A model generated the notes under the pieces. That model did no database searches. It saw only the letters and a program-made list of their open reading frames with translations, and was not told the origin of the DNA. The position numbers and the translations under genes are program-made. A DNA stretch of 62,885 nucleotides, the filler included, from Octopus bimaculoides (lineage: Eukaryota), in assembly GCF_001194135.2 (NCBI RefSeq). It is 5 parts of 5 records of this genome, joined end to end, with 100 filler letters (N's around TTAATTAATTAA, not from the genome) between each part and the next. Parts side by side here need not be neighbours in the genome. Positions count along the whole stretch, not along the records: positions 1 to 17,982 come from NC_069002.1; positions 18,083 to 28,699 come from NC_068986.1; 3 more parts are not named here. One strand, given 5' to 3'. Shown piece by piece: positions 11,662 through 21,745 of this stretch. Position 1 is the stretch's first letter, and every line of letters begins with the position of its first letter.

Positions 11662-11996
11662 GTTATTTTGGATTCTCAATGAATTTTTCCGTCAGCACTC
11701 TGATAAGCTTCTTCATAGCAACTTTGGCTTCAATCGTGGATTCCATTGCTGATTATTACGCTTGCGCCAAAATATGTGACGTTCCTATTCCTCCAAACCA
11801 TTCGGTGAATCGAGGAATTGTCATCGACGGATTAGCANNNNNNNNNNNNNNNNNNNNNNNNNNNNNNNNNNNNNNNNNNNNNNNNNNNNNNNNNNNNNNN
11901 NNNNNNNNNNNNNNNNNNNNNNNNNNNNGCGGACTCGGAATTGGACATGGTACGAGTACATATGGTGGTAACATTGGTGCTATAGCAATCACAAGG
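11662..11996 (+). CDS. SLC23A: SLC23/NAT exon (TM8-TM10): GYFGFSMNFSVSTLISFFIATLASIVDSIADYYACAKICDVPIPPNHSVNRGIVIDGLA-[N gap]-GLGIGHGTSTYGGNIGAIAITR
   Basis: Long polypyrimidine tract and AG at 11660-11661, GTAAGC donor at 11997. Matches SLC23 S.GDYYACA..C..P.PP.H..NRG and the NAT signature xNxGxxxxTR. A 91-N gap (11838-11928) lies inside. Confidence 0.95.
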
Positions 11997-12039
11997 GTAA
12001 GCTGGTGCATTGACTTCTTTTATTTTTTACTTGTTTCAG

Positions 12040-12075
<36 letters not shown>

Positions 12076-13525
12076 GACAGGCTTCTTTCAGTTTTCATCT
12101 AACCTGATTCTTATTAAAAATTCTATAGTATTTACTGTCTTTTGGAAAATGTTCAGTCAATGCCGAATTAAACAATTTTATAATATTGGAAATTATTTGT
12201 TTTCCGAAGGGAATTATGTGCCATTCGATATAGCTAGAGATATCCATGTTCCTAAGGTATATATTTCTATTTCTACCTAAGCTTTTTTTTTAAGTGTGTA
12301 ATCTCTTCATCTGGTTCTTATAACGGCATTGGGTTTGTTTGCTATTATATTTGACATTATATTTGTCAATCATTTGTATATTACTATTTATAGAGTTTAT
12401 ATATTACTTATCTACCCTATCTGAATGGGACCTCTTAGTAGGTCCATTCCTATCTAAGCTACTTTGTACTTTATTTGGCACATATTCAAGTAAATTTGTA
12501 CTCTTTTTTTGATTCTAGGAACTCTATTGTTATATCCTGATTGCACAGATTTCCTATCCTTAACTCTTCCTACTGTATGTTCTATTTGATTAGTGTCGTT
12601 TTCCATATTAAGCATACTATCATGATTATTGACAGTATGTCCCTCTCGCTACTTATATTATCTGTACTATTACTACCATTTTTATTTTTCTCTACATCCT
12701 GCCATCTTTAATGAGAAATTATAAAAGCCCTCATTTAGTTTAAATACTTCCTCGTTCGCTGAAAGATTATTAATTCGGATTGATATCTTTTCTACTATTG
12801 ATCGGGTTATACTTTTTGGGTGATTGTTATTACTATGAATGTATCTAAGGTTTGTATTAAGTTTATGATAAAGCCTGTGTATACCTGTACTTAGATCTAA
12901 ATTCACATTATACATACATACATGCATACATAAAGAGTATGCGTGTGTTTGTGTAAGTATATATATATTTATATATGTGTGTATATGTGTGTGTATCACC
13001 GAACATGTAACCATATACCAACGCTACAACACATTTCATTTTACCACGACTGAATCACAATTTGTATCAACTGAGATCCTTGTTGCCAGACCGCTGGTAT
13101 TATAACATTAGTTACTTAAAGTTATCTAATTTGCACAAAGTTGTACTGTCGGTTTGCTGTAGAGGTTAGCATTAGTGGTACGATTCACAGCAGATGCAGT
13201 GTTCAAATTCAGCTGATCATGTAACAAACTTTCCCCATCCTCCTATATATATATATTAGCCTATTAGCCAATTTGCAGATGAGTTCATTGACAAACAGCT
13301 CGTTTGTCAAATAGCAAGGATGAATGTATTAAAGCTAACTGTCATAAAAAGAGAGAGATTAGCCTTTTTTTCATTTATCAATGTTTGGTTTAAACCTTAA
13401 ATCAATAAACAGGCTTTCATGACTCGAGTTTAATAAAACTCCTAAATTTGTACACACGTGTATTAATATATATGTAAGCATTAACTTTTTCAAACTTGCC
13501 TATTTCATTTAACTTTTCTTTTCAG

Positions 13526-13796
13526 GTTGCCAGCAGACGTGTGTTCCAAATTGTTGGTGTTATTTACATGTTGTTTGGAATTATTGGTAAAATGGGAGCA
13601 TTCTTCGTCACTATTCCGATGCCTGTGTTGGGCGGGGTTCAACTTATCTATTTTGGTTCTTTCATTGGAGTCATTTTATCCAACATGCATAAAGTGGAAA
13701 TGAATCATCGTAATATGAGCATCATCGGGGTTTCCATTATATTCGGTGTATCTATACCGATATGGAGTCACAATAACCCGGAACAGTACGCCACAG
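13526..13796 (+). CDS. SLC23A: SLC23/NAT exon: VASRRVFQIVGVIYMLFGIIGKMGAFFVTIPMPVLGGVQLIYFGSFIGVILSNMHKVEMNHRNMSIIGVSIIFGVSIPIWSHNNPEQYAT(G)
   Basis: cttttcAG acceptor, GTATG donor, 271 nt, phase 0 to 1. Matches SLC23 V.SRRV...GKF.A.F..IP.PVLG...SNL...RN. Confidence 0.97.
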
Positions 13797-14835
13797 GTAT
13801 GCAGTTGCATCATCTTTCTTTTATGTATATGTGTGTGTGTGTACAAACACACACACACGCACGCACACACATGCATACGCATACACACGCACACGCACAC
13901 ACATACGCACACACATACGCACACACACACACATTCATTATTCGTGAGTTAACCAGACTACCATCGGTTCTATGTTGAGAGATATATCGGTGCTGCTTTG
14001 GTAACGATCTTCGTAGCCAACATCGTCTACAAGAGTCAAATTCTACTTAAGTATACCATCTACGTGTTTTATTTATTTAATATGGCTTAAATAAAACATT
14101 CTTACATTTTTATACATTTATTTAAAAAATTAAAATGAAGCAGATTAGAAACAAGTTTACTAATTTTAGAGGCGAATCAAACAAAAATCAGCTAAAAAAA
14201 GTCAAAAATTGAGAATTGAAATTTTGAAATTTTTATACATTTTATAGACTTATTATTAACACTTATGTTTCATACTCTCTAACCAGACATTCTCTTGAAA
14301 CCGATACAGGTGTTTTCCTTGTTCTTGATAAGTATAACTTTTCTTGTAGATCACAATATAAAGTGTAGATCGCATACCAAAGCTGTTTCATGTTATGTAG
14401 ATCGCATATCAAAGTATCACCGATACTCTTCAAGTCTGTCACATGGGACGTTGGTGTCCGTGGCTGTCAAATTGGCTGCCCTCTTGTTTAGATATGACAT
14501 ATCTTTGACTACAGGAAACACATGTATATGAAGAGACCAACCTGTGCACTCCAAAAACCCAGCATACTTCGTGCTATAATTAGTCATTGGCAATTTTTTC
14601 TAGTGTATACTTTACAGTACAGTACATACGAGAGAAGTCACTAGTTTCCTTGGTTTTAAGCAATTTTCTGTAATATATGCCAGTTAAGTTACTTATTGTT
14701 GCATGGTGTCTCTTACCTATCCAAATTTATATTCGAGAAATCCAATCGATTCATACCAAGTTGAGTCAAAAGCTTTTTCGGTTTTTCACTTGTATCTCCA
14801 TGTTTTATCATTTATTTCATACAACTTATTGTCCA

Positions 14836-15145
14836 GTCGTTGCTAATCGACTGGCTCCCTCCCCCAAAATTTCAGGCATTGTGCCCAGAGTAGAAAAGAA
14901 TATTCCCGAAGTTCTTTTAGAGATAAGGCGGCGAACTGGTAGAATCGTTATGTCTCTATGTTCTGAGTTCGTTTCTACGTTCTGAGTTCGTTTCTACGTT
15001 CTGAGTTCAAATTACGCCGCGGTTGACTTTGCTTTTCATCTTTTCGGGGTCGATAAAATAAAGTACTAGTTGAACACTGGAGTCGATGCAATCAACGTAT
15101 CCCCTCCCTCGAAATTGCTGGCCTTGTGCCAAAATTTGAAATCTA
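14836..15145 (+). mobile_element. Two adjacent SINE family A segments (3' tail, then a near-full copy with an internal 19-bp triplication)
   Basis: Tail at 14836-14905. The second copy starts ~14925 with ggcggcgaactggtag and has (tacgttctgagttcgtttc) about three times at 14957-15010. Confidence 0.75.
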
Positions 15146-15554
15146 CATTCTGTCTAGAGATAAAATTATTCCACCAAATGATATACTTGCAAAAATATTG
15201 AATGAGGAAATCGTTTCAGGGCTATGTAAAAAGATTTTCGATAAGAAAGTTGTTCGATAAAAAGTCTTTTCGATAAAAATTCGCATGAGGAAGAGACGTT
15301 CAATAAAGAAAAAGTCATGCCACGCAAAAGAGCATGTAAGGCAGTACAGTACAAACGTAACTAACTATGATTCGAAAGCGAATATGTCTTGGTAACATGT
15401 ACCGTGCGTTCTCTAAATGTTTTAGGTGCCTGTATAGTTGCAAGTAGACATACATAGACATTCCGTCAGCCCTCCTCCTCCTCCGTCTAGTGGCATGTCC
15501 AGGATATAACAGTTGAAGAGAGAGAGAGTGAGAGAGAGGAGAAAGAGAGCTGCT

Positions 15555-15710
15555 CCAGTTGTCAGGTGGTACACACAGCCGAGTAGACTGGTGTATCGTG
15601 AAATGAAGTACCTAGCTCAAGGACAAGCTGCACCGCCTGCTCTAGAAATTGAACTCACGCCATTATAATCATGAGTCAACACCTCTGATCACTTGACAAC
15701 ACGGCTTCAC
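15555..15710 (-). mobile_element. SINE family C (tRNA-derived head with ccttgagcaagacacttcatttcac-like core)
   Basis: Related to segments at 60180-60330 and 60525-60645. Confidence 0.6.
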
Positions 15711-15862
15711 TCACGTATGACAACAATGTTGATAAATGTTCAAACAGTATCAACAACGGGTATAAAATAGAAGACATTTGATAACTATTCAATAACCAAC
15801 CCTTTGCAATCAATAATTAACAGTCATTTGAGGATTGAAACTTTATTTCATATTTTCTTCAG

Positions 15863-15958
15863 GTTATAAAGAAGTTGACGGATCCGTCCATGCTATTCTT
15901 ACCAATCCGAATTTTCTAGGAGGTTTGTTGGCAATGATCTTGGATAATGCATGGCCAG
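15863..15958 (+). CDS. SLC23A: SLC23/NAT exon: GYKEVDGSVHAILTNPNFLGGLLAMILDNAWP(G)
   Basis: ttcttcAG acceptor, GTATGT donor, 96 nt, phase 1 to 1. Matches SLC23 TM14 F.GG..A.ILDN..PG. Confidence 0.95.
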
Positions 15959-16149
15959 GTATGTTACTGAAGAATTATTATCCTTTTCGTAATATTCACC
16001 TGTTTATTAGAATATGTAGAGAAAGAATTTTAATCGTAGTTTGATTGACAAAGCTTTCAAGTCTTATTCAAAGGAATTTTAAGCGTAATTCCATCGACGA
16101 CAGTGGACATGATGTTCATACAATTATCCTTCTTACACCTATATTACAC

Positions 16150-16310
16150 CTGTTCTATATTTAAAAGATGAGGAATTAAGTACATTATTTACGATTGACG
16201 GATATTTGCCCGCGGGTATATGGTGTAGTGGTTAAGAGCGCGTGCTACTAAACCCAAGATTCCGAGTACGATTCCAAGCAGTGACCTGAATAATAATAAT
16301 AATAATAATA

Positions 16311-16354
<44 letters not shown>

Positions 16355-16510
16355 CAACAACAACAACACCGAAAAATACTTTAGGAATGAGAACCCAGGT
16401 TCGAAATTTCCCCAAGACACCTGATGAAGGCGGGAGGGTATATCAGTCGAAACGTTGTGTTAACAACAAACAAGATGAGGACAAATATCCGTCAATTGCA
16501 AATAATGTAC
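16150..16510 (+). mobile_element. Composite non-autonomous retro-element: inverted tail (16150-16208) + tRNA-like head (16209-16288) + (AAT/AAC)n + hammerhead body (16369-16510)
   Basis: A box TGGTGTAGTGG at 16221, B box GAGTACGATTCC at 16264. Flanked by direct repeat (C)TATATTACAC at 16139-16149 and 16510-16520. Confidence 0.8.
16416..16461 (+). ncRNA. Minimal type I hammerhead ribozyme motif, copy 2
   Basis: GACAC-CTGATGA(16421-16427)-A-GGCGG...CAGTC-GAAA(16449-16452)-CGTT-GTGTT. Helix I GACAC/GTGTT is intact; helix II has one G-A mismatch. Predicted cleavage after 16456. Confidence 0.78.
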
Positions 16511-16681
16511 TATATTACACGTGTATTACACCTATACAATTACACTAGTTACACCTGTATTACACCTATTGAGTAGCTATGAAGTGTAGACGTTTTGACT
16601 GACTGACTACCTTTGAACAAATATATTTATCAAACTTTCCATCGACTTCAGTGTTCCACTGGCCTTTCATTCGATTTAGAG

Positions 16682-16986
16682 CAGTGGTTCCGAAACATTT
16701 TCAGGCTCCCTTAACACCCAGGCCACATTCCTAGCGTCCTCCTCCCCAACTAACCATCACAAACATAGACCTCTTTCTGAAGCAAATTTAAAACAACTGT
16801 ATTTCACAAATAAAACTTAACCTAATGAACCCATTATTTTGTTGTTTTTACATGAATCGCTCCCCTATTATTGCCCAACTTTTTATATGAATCTCTTCCC
16901 CATTCTCACCCCACTTTTCTTCAATGCACCCTTGGAACTTTCCACCGCCCCTAGGGGGACAATAACGCCCACTTTGGGAACCATTG
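16682..16986. mobile_element. hAT MITE
   Basis: TIRs cagtggttccgaaa / tttgggaaccattg; 8-bp TSD atttagag / ctttaaag (6 of 8). Confidence 0.8.
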
Positions 16987-17340
16987 CTTTAAAGCTAAGC
17001 AAATGAGAGACAAATTTCTTTTTGCACAAAACGCCAATATACTGTTTGGTGCTTTCCAGCTGGAAGATGAGGCCTTAGCGCTATGAGTCAATTAAATATT
17101 CATACAGTTTATGTTATACACTTTGTTGTTATACAGCTTCTTGTTATACAATTTGCTGCAATACAGTTTACAGCGGTACGCTACACTACAATGTGGTATC
17201 TTATTTATAGCTAGGTTGTCTGGACTATTGAGAACTAAGTGTCATGGCTAAAATATAGGGACTGTACTCGTCACAAGAGAGGGATTGTTGTTTCCTTGTC
17301 GGCAAATTGTGCTATATATCTTACATTAGATTTCACTTCC

Positions 17341-17775
17341 GAAGGCGGCGAGCTTGCAGAAACGTTAGCACGCCGGGCGAAATACTTAGCGGTATTTCGT
17401 CTGCCGTTACGTTGAGTTCAAATTCCGCCGAGGTCGACTTTGCCTTTCATCCTTTCGGGGTCGATTAAATAAGTACCAGCTACGCACTGGGGTCGATATA
17501 ATCGACTTAATTCGTTTGTATGTCCTTGTTTGTCCCCTCTGTGTGTAGCCCCTTGTGAGCAGTAAAGAAATAAGAAACATTAGCACGCCGGGCGAAATAC
17601 TTGGTATTTTGTCTGTCTTTACGTTCTGAATTCAAATTCCTCCGAGGTTGACTTTGCCTTTCATCCTTTTGGGGGTCGATAAAATAAGTACCAGTTGCGT
17701 ACTGGGGTCGATCTAATCGACTGACCCCTTCCCCAAAAGTTTCGGGCCTTATGCCTAGAGTAAAGAAGATTATAT
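17341..17775 (+). mobile_element. Head-to-tail pair of SINE family A copies with different 3' tails
   Basis: Copy 1 (17341-17577) ends in gtcccctctgtgtgtagccccttgtg...aaagaaataagaa. Copy 2 (17578-17775) ends in gggccttatgcctagagtaaagaag. Confidence 0.85.
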
Positions 17776-17864
17776 TTCAATTCTAACTGAAAATGGAAAG
17801 CCTGTAATACTAAACAAAACCTTTCTTTTTTCTTTCTTATGTTTTCAAAAAAAAAAATCAAAAG

Positions 17865-17982
17865 GAACATTAAAAGAACGAGGCTTGGAAGACAGTGTAG
17901 AAGAAAGCGGCAAAGACGCCGATGAACTGGGCAATCAAAAGAACCAGAAAGCAAAGGAAGAAGAATCTATATACGGCGTTCC
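17865..17982 (+). CDS. SLC23A: SLC23/NAT C-terminal exon, truncated by scaffold join: GTLKERGLEDSVEESGKDADELGNQKNQKAKEEESIYGVP
   Basis: A phase-1 join to 15958 gives PGTLKERGL, the conserved PGT.EERG motif. The frame is open up to the N spacer and includes the typical Y..P tail motif. Confidence 0.88.
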
Positions 17983-18082
17983 NNNNNNNNNNNNNNNNNN
18001 NNNNNNNNNNNNNNNNNNNNNNNNNNTTAATTAATTAANNNNNNNNNNNNNNNNNNNNNNNNNNNNNNNNNNNNNNNNNNNN
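17983..18082. other. Artificial scaffold-join spacer N44-TTAATTAATTAA-N44
   Basis: Identical 100-nt construct occurs four times; the 12-mer is palindromic with stops in all six frames. Confidence 0.9.
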
Positions 18083-18125
18083 GGTAGTGAAGTGAAAGCA
18101 CGTTATAAAAATAAAACTACTGAAC

Positions 18126-18192
<67 letters not shown>

Positions 18193-18195
<3 letters not shown>

Positions 18196-18325
18196 CAAAT
18201 AGGGGCTGCAACAAGGGTGGATCACTTGCAGAAAACAGCACTGCTTGGAACCGCTCGAATACTCCGGAAGGTGCTCGAAAATTAAGCGGTGTTACCTTCT
18301 CCAGAGTTAGAAGCTGTGCAAAGGC
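18193..18325 (+). mobile_element. Extreme 3' end of an R4/Dong-like retrotransposon between two (AAT)n runs
   Basis: Translates KQIGAATRVDHLQKTALLGTARILRKVLEN* (stop 18283-18285), the typical RLE-clade C-terminus. A 40-nt 3' UTR follows; (AAT)n at 18125-18191 and 18326-18390. Confidence 0.88.
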
Positions 18326-18391
<66 letters not shown>

Positions 18392-21300
18392 TGAAAGCCT
18401 GGTAGAGCTCTTCTTTTTTTCTTTTTCTAGATTTTAAAAACTGGTTTTCAGCTGTGTTATCGCAGTATCCTTATTTATCTTGTACAAACACAAAATTTCA
18501 ATAAGTGTGTCCCATCCCTTAAGCATAATAATCACAAAATTGTTGGAAACCATTAGAAATTTGGGCGGGTAGAGGATAGTTGACTAAGCCGATCCCAGTA
18601 CTTAAATGCAACATTATTTCACTGACCAGAGTTGGATTCAATGTGATTTGTATTCAGAAGGCAAGGAGAGGGAATAAAATCCGGAAAATCTGATTCTGTT
18701 CCACGCTCTTATATGTCTTCCAGTCCTACGCCCATATAACAAGTCCAACTCCAACGGCAACAAAAACAACAACAAATACTGTAATAGTAATTTTTACCAA
18801 CATAGTGTGTTTATAGCTCTCCGTGCATAAGGATGATGCCAGCAGATGGACCATCTGATGATGTAAGGATTCTTCCAAGGAAATTTCCTCATATTAAATT
18901 GAAAAATCCAGACATCATGCACTAATTTACCTCTTAGTGACTTGTAGATGACTGACATCTTCACAAGCAGCCTATTTTCAGTGTTTCGGTTACAAGTTAC
19001 GAAAGTTGATACGATTTGCGGGTTTGGTGCTGTTTCTTTTTCTTCTTTGTCGTTTGTTTGGTATTGTTTGCCTTCGTTTGTTGTTATTGTTGCTATGGTT
19101 GTGTTTGATTGTTTCGTTTGACATTTTTGCTAGGATCATTTTGTCATTGTGTATTTTCGCTTGGTTGTCTTTGTTGCGGTCTCATTGGGGTTTTTCTTGA
19201 TGTTCTTATGGTAGTGGTGTTGGCAGTCGTAGAATGGTGGCTTAATTGGTTGGCGTGCTTTCTGCCGTCTCTTTGATCTTGATGAAGGCTTTTACGAAAT
19301 GGAAGGCGGCTTTTTTACTTTCTATCTTTACCTTCGTCCCGACAACAAAGAGCTTTTGAAATGGGCTTGTCCCGATCTTGTTGCACAACAAAGTCTTGGA
19401 ATCACAGGGGCATAACACAGGTCCACGTGCATTTGCGAGCACGTGCATGTGGATTTGTATTTTGGTGGACTTGTACGGTGTGAGGAGCTTATTTTCATTT
19501 TTGCGTCTCTGTCATTCGTTCTTTGTTGTATTGTTTGTTTTTTTGTTTGTTTGCTCTTCTTGGTGATGTTGATGATGTTGCTATTGTTACCGTTCTTGCA
19601 GCTGTAGTCTTTATCGTTGCTGCTGTTACTACTGATGGTTGTGGAAAACGGTTGCGGGGAGGCTTCCTCCTTTTATAAAGATAGCATTGGCCCTCAAGCA
19701 GTTGGAAGCATTATAAATGTGATGCTTAGGCCTTGTCCCTTATACTACTGGGTGCCATTTGTAGCTGGTTAAGTTTAAGAATAAATTAGCGCCATTCAAG
19801 ACTGATCCATCTCAATCAAGAGTTTATGTCGTCTTCCGTGACCTTCTTCTGTTTTAGTTTGTGCAATACCAAGATCTTTCACATCCTCGTCTTCTTGCTG
19901 TCAAGAAAACAAAAATAAAAAATAGAAATAAATTAAAAAACCCAAATTAAACATAAATTTATAAAATTCTAATCGTAAAGCGACATAAGATATCCATTTT
20001 TAGTGGTGATTGGGATTACGATTAATACAACGGTCTAGATGCAGGTGAAGGAGTGGTCCTTTCCTCGTTTTGTCCTCAGTATAGAAGGAATGTCATATCC
20101 ACTGTCTTATAGCGCCTGTTAAGTGTTGGTCTTCCCACGCACCTAACGCCTAGACACTAGCTTCTCATTGTGAATTTCCTCTGCACTTTCAAATTCTTCA
20201 GAGGAACAGATAAAGCTTTGTTTCATCTTTCTTTTCGCACGATATTTGTTGCGCTTGTTAGAGGACTGGAACGTAGCTGAGCTGATGGCGTTGCTGCAGT
20301 TCTTATTCTGGCGCTTGATGCTCCATAATGGTGCTAATCTTTTCTCGCCCCAGTGAGAGCAGCGTATCATTCACATTGCAATTGCCAACATTCTAGTTAC
20401 AATTATATTTGTCCTTCTGGATTGAGTACTAAGCATACATCATGAGATGGACGTATGAACTCGTGGGGTGTGTTTCTGGAGGTTTCAGCATTACCAGATA
20501 TAGACAAATCATGTTTCCAATGCAAGATGTCGTTCCATTAAGTCTATTAACATCATGTGGGATGGGGAATCGAACATCGAGACAAACTCTTCCGCTGAAA
20601 ACTGGGTCAGCAATGATCTTGTTAATGGTTGTGAGTACGAAAATAATACACCTTTAGGACAAGTACTGAACTTCTAGAGAGGACGTTGGAAAGCTAACAA
20701 AGGACATTGGAAAATTACACTTAATAAAAAAAGAAATTTAAAATTGGCCAGTTCCCCAGGAAGGTTATATATGGGTAATTTGAACAAATAATCACAGACC
20801 ATAAAAGTAAGAAACTACATTAAATATCTGGCATGTAGAACCAAAATGTTTTAAATTTTGAAATTACCCGCACGAAATCTGAGATCAAGAAATAGCTATA
20901 AGGTACCTTCTACACGAAAAGCAGAATTCATCAGGTGAAAACAAATGTAGACTCTGCAGAAACTAAAGCCGGAAGTATTACTCATATCATGGCCAATTAT
21001 GAGAGAAACTACTCTATATAGTACCTTTGCATGAAGCATGAAGTGTTTACCAGAGCAATCTGCAATAGAGCTGGTAAGAAACATTAACACCACTTGAGCG
21101 TGAATATACTGGGAGTAATAGACCATAAAAATGTTGCTGAAATTTAAGATTAAAAAAAAAAGAAGAGGAATAAAATTTTAAAATAGCGTATTTCATATTC
21201 TTGTTTCATTCAACATATAAAAAAAGTAATGCATTTTAATGGAAGTCAGTTTCTTACGCCTCATCAATGAGGTAAGAATACATATCTACCGTTGATGAGG

Positions 21301-21700
21301 AGCCTGCAGATCAGCTCAATGCGAACATACTCCATCAAAGTTTCTCTGAACGTAACGAAAGACTGTTACACCGTAATTCATGCGACACAATATGACGGAC
21401 AACGCAAAATCACAAGATATATGAATGTAAAAGAATGACAATTTGAGCAGAGAAGAACGAATATAACAAACACTTGGAAAACCCCATGTGGGTACAGTGC
21501 AACAACAGATGTATGAACCACTGAGTAACGGAATATTGCAAGATGAAACAATACCGTTACGTCTGGGTCTCTATTTCTTCCAAACTCTCACTGTGTCCGT
21601 CTGTCTGTCTGTCTGTCTGTCTTTTTCGGTTTTTCTCTCAGTGTCTATATTTGTATATCACGTATGTGTATATGAATGTATTTATGTATCTATGTGTGTG

Positions 21701-21745
<45 letters not shown>

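Noticed and set aside
14957-15010. Short repeated units resembling a CRISPR array
   Set aside because: A 19-bp slippage triplication inside a SINE, with no unique spacers, in a eukaryotic context.
16209-16288. Possible functional tRNA gene (Ser-like loop CTACTAA)
   Set aside because: No clean acceptor stem, a mutated B box (GTACGA), and it runs straight into (AAT)n. Treated as a SINE head.
17255-17340. GTRHKRGIV reading as the last SLC23 exon
   Set aside because: No polypyrimidine tract or AG in the right phase. Exon 17865 (GTLKERGL) fits better.
19671-19677. Minus-strand TATAAAA box with a TCAGT initiator-like motif
   Set aside because: The spacing is 44 nt rather than ~30, and there is no convincing downstream ORF.
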